From contig CAVSLC010000005.1 in NCBI GenBank assembly GCA_963728565.1, forward strand, positions 64,001 to 128,000: a stretch of DNA of 64,000 nt, written 5' to 3'. Below are positions 61,164 through 64,000 of this stretch, one piece after another. The notes under the pieces are model-generated. The model was not told the DNA's origin and did not search any database. It saw only the letters and a list, made by a program, of their open reading frames with translations. Position 1 is the first letter of the stretch. Each line of letters begins with the position of its first letter. This stretch comes from an uncultured delta proteobacterium (lineage in GTDB: Bacteria; Desulfobacterota; Binatia; UBA9968). A program made the position numbers and the translations under genes.

Positions 61164-62043
61164 ATGCTACCGATAAGCGTGAGGATTCGAGCTCCGGCAA
61201 AAATCAATCTGGGATTACGCATCGTAGGCCAACGAGATGATGGATATCATCTGCTGGACACCATTATGGTCCCGGTTTCTTTGTATGATGAGATCCACAT
61301 TTTTGCTAAATCCGCCAGAGAGGTGTGCGGTAGCAGTTCAAAGTTGACTGTGACCTGTGATAATCCCGCGGTGCCGAGCGACGAAGGGAATATTGTTTTC
61401 CGCGCCGCGAACCTGATCATCGAGGAAAATTCGATTCGGGAGAGAGTAGAAATTCACATTAAAAAAACGAATTCCCATTGGGGCAGGATTGGGAGGCGGC
61501 AGTTCCGATGCGGCGGCGACGCTCATTGCAATGAATTCTCTCTTTGGGCTCAACTACTCTACGCGGCAGCTTAAGAAACGAGCATATGGGCTAGGCGCTG
61601 ATGTTCCGTTCTTCATCGATTGTAGACCTGCGCGCGCCAGAGGTATCGGCGAACGCCTTACGCCAATCAAATCTCTGCCCTGGAAATGGGCAGTGATTGT
61701 CTACCCTGGATTTCCTGTGGCGACTAGTTGGGTATACCGGGAATTTGCTGCTAAGTTGACAAAACTTATGGCAAATACTAGCATTATTTCACCACTTAGG
61801 AAGTCATCTGGTCAACAAAGATTGCTAGTCAATGACTTGGAAAGTGTAACTATGGCTCGATATCCCCGTATAAAATCGCTGAAAAGAGAATTGATTGCGG
61901 AGGGCGCAGCCGGAGCTCTAATGTCGGGTAGTGGCTCTGCGGTTTTTGGCCTATTTGATTCCAGAGGAAACGCTGCACGGGCGTTGTCCCGATTGCAGAA
62001 GGAGGATGGGGTAGATACGTTTCTAGTGCGTTTGTTAATCTAA
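61164..62043 (+). CDS. ispE: 4-diphosphocytidyl-2-C-methyl-D-erythritol kinase (extra A in A7 run at ~61461-61467)
   Basis: APAKINLGL..G.RDDGYH; IPIGAGLGGGSSDAA, GADVPFF, GIGE.L, NDLE, MSGSGSAVF. Confidence 0.93.
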
Positions 62044-62116
62044 AGATCGATATAGGCAAAGCCCAATCAGAGCAAAAGTCAGGAAGTCGGTTAACCTGTC
62101 AAAAGAGGAGGTCTCG

Positions 62117-62404
62117 ATGCAGGTTACGGAAGTAAGAGTCTTTCCTGTCGACGAAGATAAGCTGAGGGCTTACGTAACTATCACTCTCGATCATTGTTTT
62201 GTGATCAGAGATTTAAAAATTATCAAAGGAACCACTGGATACTTTGTGTCGATGCCCAGTAAGAAACGAAAAGATGGGACCTATAAAGATATCGCGCATC
62301 CCATCAATAACGAAACACGTAGAATGTTAGAAGAGAAAGTAATCGCCGAATATGAGAAAGTTGCTGCGGAGGGTGGGAGCCAGAGGGCTCTAGGAAATGG
62401 TTAG
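62117..62404 (+). CDS. spoVG: septation regulator / nucleic-acid-binding protein SpoVG
   Basis: MQVTEVRV, FVIRDLKII.G..G.FVSMPSKK..DG.YKDIAHPIN.ETR. Confidence 0.95.
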   Translation: MQVTEVRVFPVDEDKLRAYVTITLDHCFVIRDLKIIKGTTGYFVSMPSKKRKDGTYKDIAHPINNETRRMLEEKVIAEYEKVAAEGGSQRALGNG

Positions 62405-62455
62405 TTGATCCTCTGCCCCAGGGCCGGATTAGCTTCTCTCGAGAAGTTTGGGGAT

Positions 62456-62529
62456 TGGGCGGTCGCCAAGCGGTAAGGCCCCGGACTTTGGATCCGGTAT
62501 CGAAGGTTCGAATCCTTCCCGCCCAGCCA
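62456..62529 (+). tRNA. tRNA-Gln(UUG)
   Basis: TGGGCGG acceptor, D-loop CCAAGCGGTAAGG, anticodon arm CCGGA-CTTTGGA-TCCGG, GGTTCGAATCC, CCA. Confidence 0.95.
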
Positions 62530-62570
62530 GTCTTAATCTTGTAATCATCAACAGATTATCATAGTTTAGG

Positions 62571-62606
62571 TTGCGCCGTTCATAGTCGAACGGCGCAATT
62601 CGTTTT
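62571..62606 (+). terminator. probable intrinsic terminator after tRNA-Gln
   Basis: TTGCGCCGTTC-ATAGTC-GAACGGCGCAA 11 bp stem followed by TTCGTTTT. Confidence 0.65.
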
Positions 62607-62711
62607 GGCAGTAGACACTTTCATTTTACTCTCCGTCTGTTGTGTTGGAGCTGTAGTGCCAGTGATGTTGTAGGGGAAGTATGTAAAAAGCGGAAATGGG
62701 AATTCATCACT

Positions 62712-63666
62712 ATGAGCCAGCAGAATACCGACATAAAGATCTTTGCCGGAAACTCCAATCCTCCCCTTGCCAGGGAAATTAGTAATTACCTGGCAGTGCC
62801 GCTAGGAAAAGCGACAGTGGAAACCTTTAGCGATGGCGAAAGCAAGGTCGAGATTAAGGAGAATGTGCGCGGCGCTGATGTGTTTGTTTTGCAATCTACT
62901 TCAGCGCCAGGAAATCATCATTTGATGGAGCTCTTGTTGATGCTGGATGCGTTCAAGAGAGCTTCGGCAAAGCGTATCACCGCCGTGATGCCTTACTACG
63001 GTTATGCGCGCCAAGATCGGAAAGTGCTCCCTCGAGTTCCAATCAGCGCTAAACTGGTGGCCGACTTGATTACAACAGCGGGCGCCTCACGAATGCTGAC
63101 ATTGGATCTTCACTCGGGACAGATTCAAGGTTTTTTTGACATTCCGGTGGATAATTTGTATGCGACGCCAGTTTTACTCCAGCATCTTGAAAAAGCAGCT
63201 GAACCACAACGAAGTGACGATCATTTCTCCTGATGCGGGCGGCGTTGAGCGGGCTCGGGCCATCGCAACTCGGCTGGACGCATCGTTGGCGATTATCGAC
63301 AAGCGGCGAGTAGGGCCAAATGTAGTCGCCGAAATGAAGATCATCGGTGAAGTGCAGGATCAGGTCGCGATTTTAGTCGATGATATGGTGGATACTGCTG
63401 GAACATTGACGATGGCCGCAGAAGCGCTCAAAAAAGAAGGTGCCAAGAGAATCATCGGTTGTTGCACTCATGCGGTTCTTTCCGGCCCGGCGATCCAGCG
63501 GATTCAGGATTCACCCCTAGAGGAGCTAATCGTTACCAATACTATTCCGTTGCAATCTGAAGCGACTCATTGCGGCAAGATGAAGGTTCTATCTGTCGCG
63601 CATCTCATCGGAGAAGCCATCCGGCGCACGCACGAGGAAGAATCCATTAGTTCTTTATTTGTGTAG
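62712..63666 (+). CDS. prs: ribose-phosphate pyrophosphokinase (apparent extra base near 63188)
   Basis: [34 protein letters not shown]; [33 protein letters not shown]. Confidence 0.95.
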
Positions 63667-63691
63667 CCGGATCTAACAGGAGGTCAGTTTC

Positions 63692-64000
63692 TTGGAAACT
63701 TTAGATATTGAAGTCAACGCCCGCGAACCGGGAAGCAAGCACCAAGCCCGGCGGTTGCGGCGGGAAGGAAAGATCCCTGCGGTTCTGTATGGACCGAAAG
63801 TTCAACCACTTGCAATGGAGCTAAACCGGAAAGAGTTTTCGAGTCGAGTTGCCGGATTAGAGGGGTCGCATTTAGTTCGATTGAAATCGGCTTCCAGCGC
63901 GCTTGCTGACAAAGTCGCTTTGGTGAAGGAGATGCAATATCATCCGATTACCGGGGATGTGATTCACGCTGATTTCTATGAGGTCGATCTCTCAGCAAGA
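63692..64000 (+). CDS. rplY: 50S ribosomal protein L25/Ctc, truncated by window edge
   Basis: RBS AGGAGG, TTG start; ARRLRREGKIPAVLYG ... VKEMQYHPITGDVIHADFYEV. Confidence 0.93.
   Translation, partial: METLDIEVNAREPGSKHQARRLRREGKIPAVLYGPKVQPLAMELNRKEFSSRVAGLEGSHLVRLKSASSALADKVALVKEMQYHPITGDVIHADFYEVDLSAR

Overview
Bacterial chromosomal window, probably from a deltaproteobacterium-like lineage such as Candidatus Binatia (inferred from gene order, e.g. ispE-spoVG-tRNA-Gln-prs-rplY; not verified). Bases 1-29.1 kb are core genome: the 3' part of RNase P RNA, the dcw cluster (mraZ to ftsZ, with an extra STAS gene after mraZ), ddl, acpS, mtnA-gshA, nagZ, a deoxynucleoside kinase, panBC, smpB and tmRNA. 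A ~31.8 kb accessory region lies between the inward-facing 3' ends of tmRNA (29093) and tRNA-Arg(CCG) (60899). Its first part is a ~21 kb block bracketed by two inverted copies of a ~235 bp MITE. That block encodes an atypical export operon (C-terminally truncated SecA paralogue, PqqD/RRE-M50 peptidase-membrane fusion protein (MFP) chimera, GAF-MFP, small MFP; no ABC transporter or TolC), a ~2,660 aa repeat adhesin, and a phosphorelay with a c-di-GMP enzyme. The rest holds a second RpoD-like sigma factor, a decayed M24 peptidase, an aromatic-acid catabolic cluster led by a heme-oxygenase-like diiron enzyme, and a small excisionase-type HTH gene. Core genes resume at ispE. Single-base frameshifts in normally essential genes (murB, ispE, prs) point to sequencing or assembly indels, so split ORFs are merged here. 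All family assignments come from motifs read by eye; no database searches were run.
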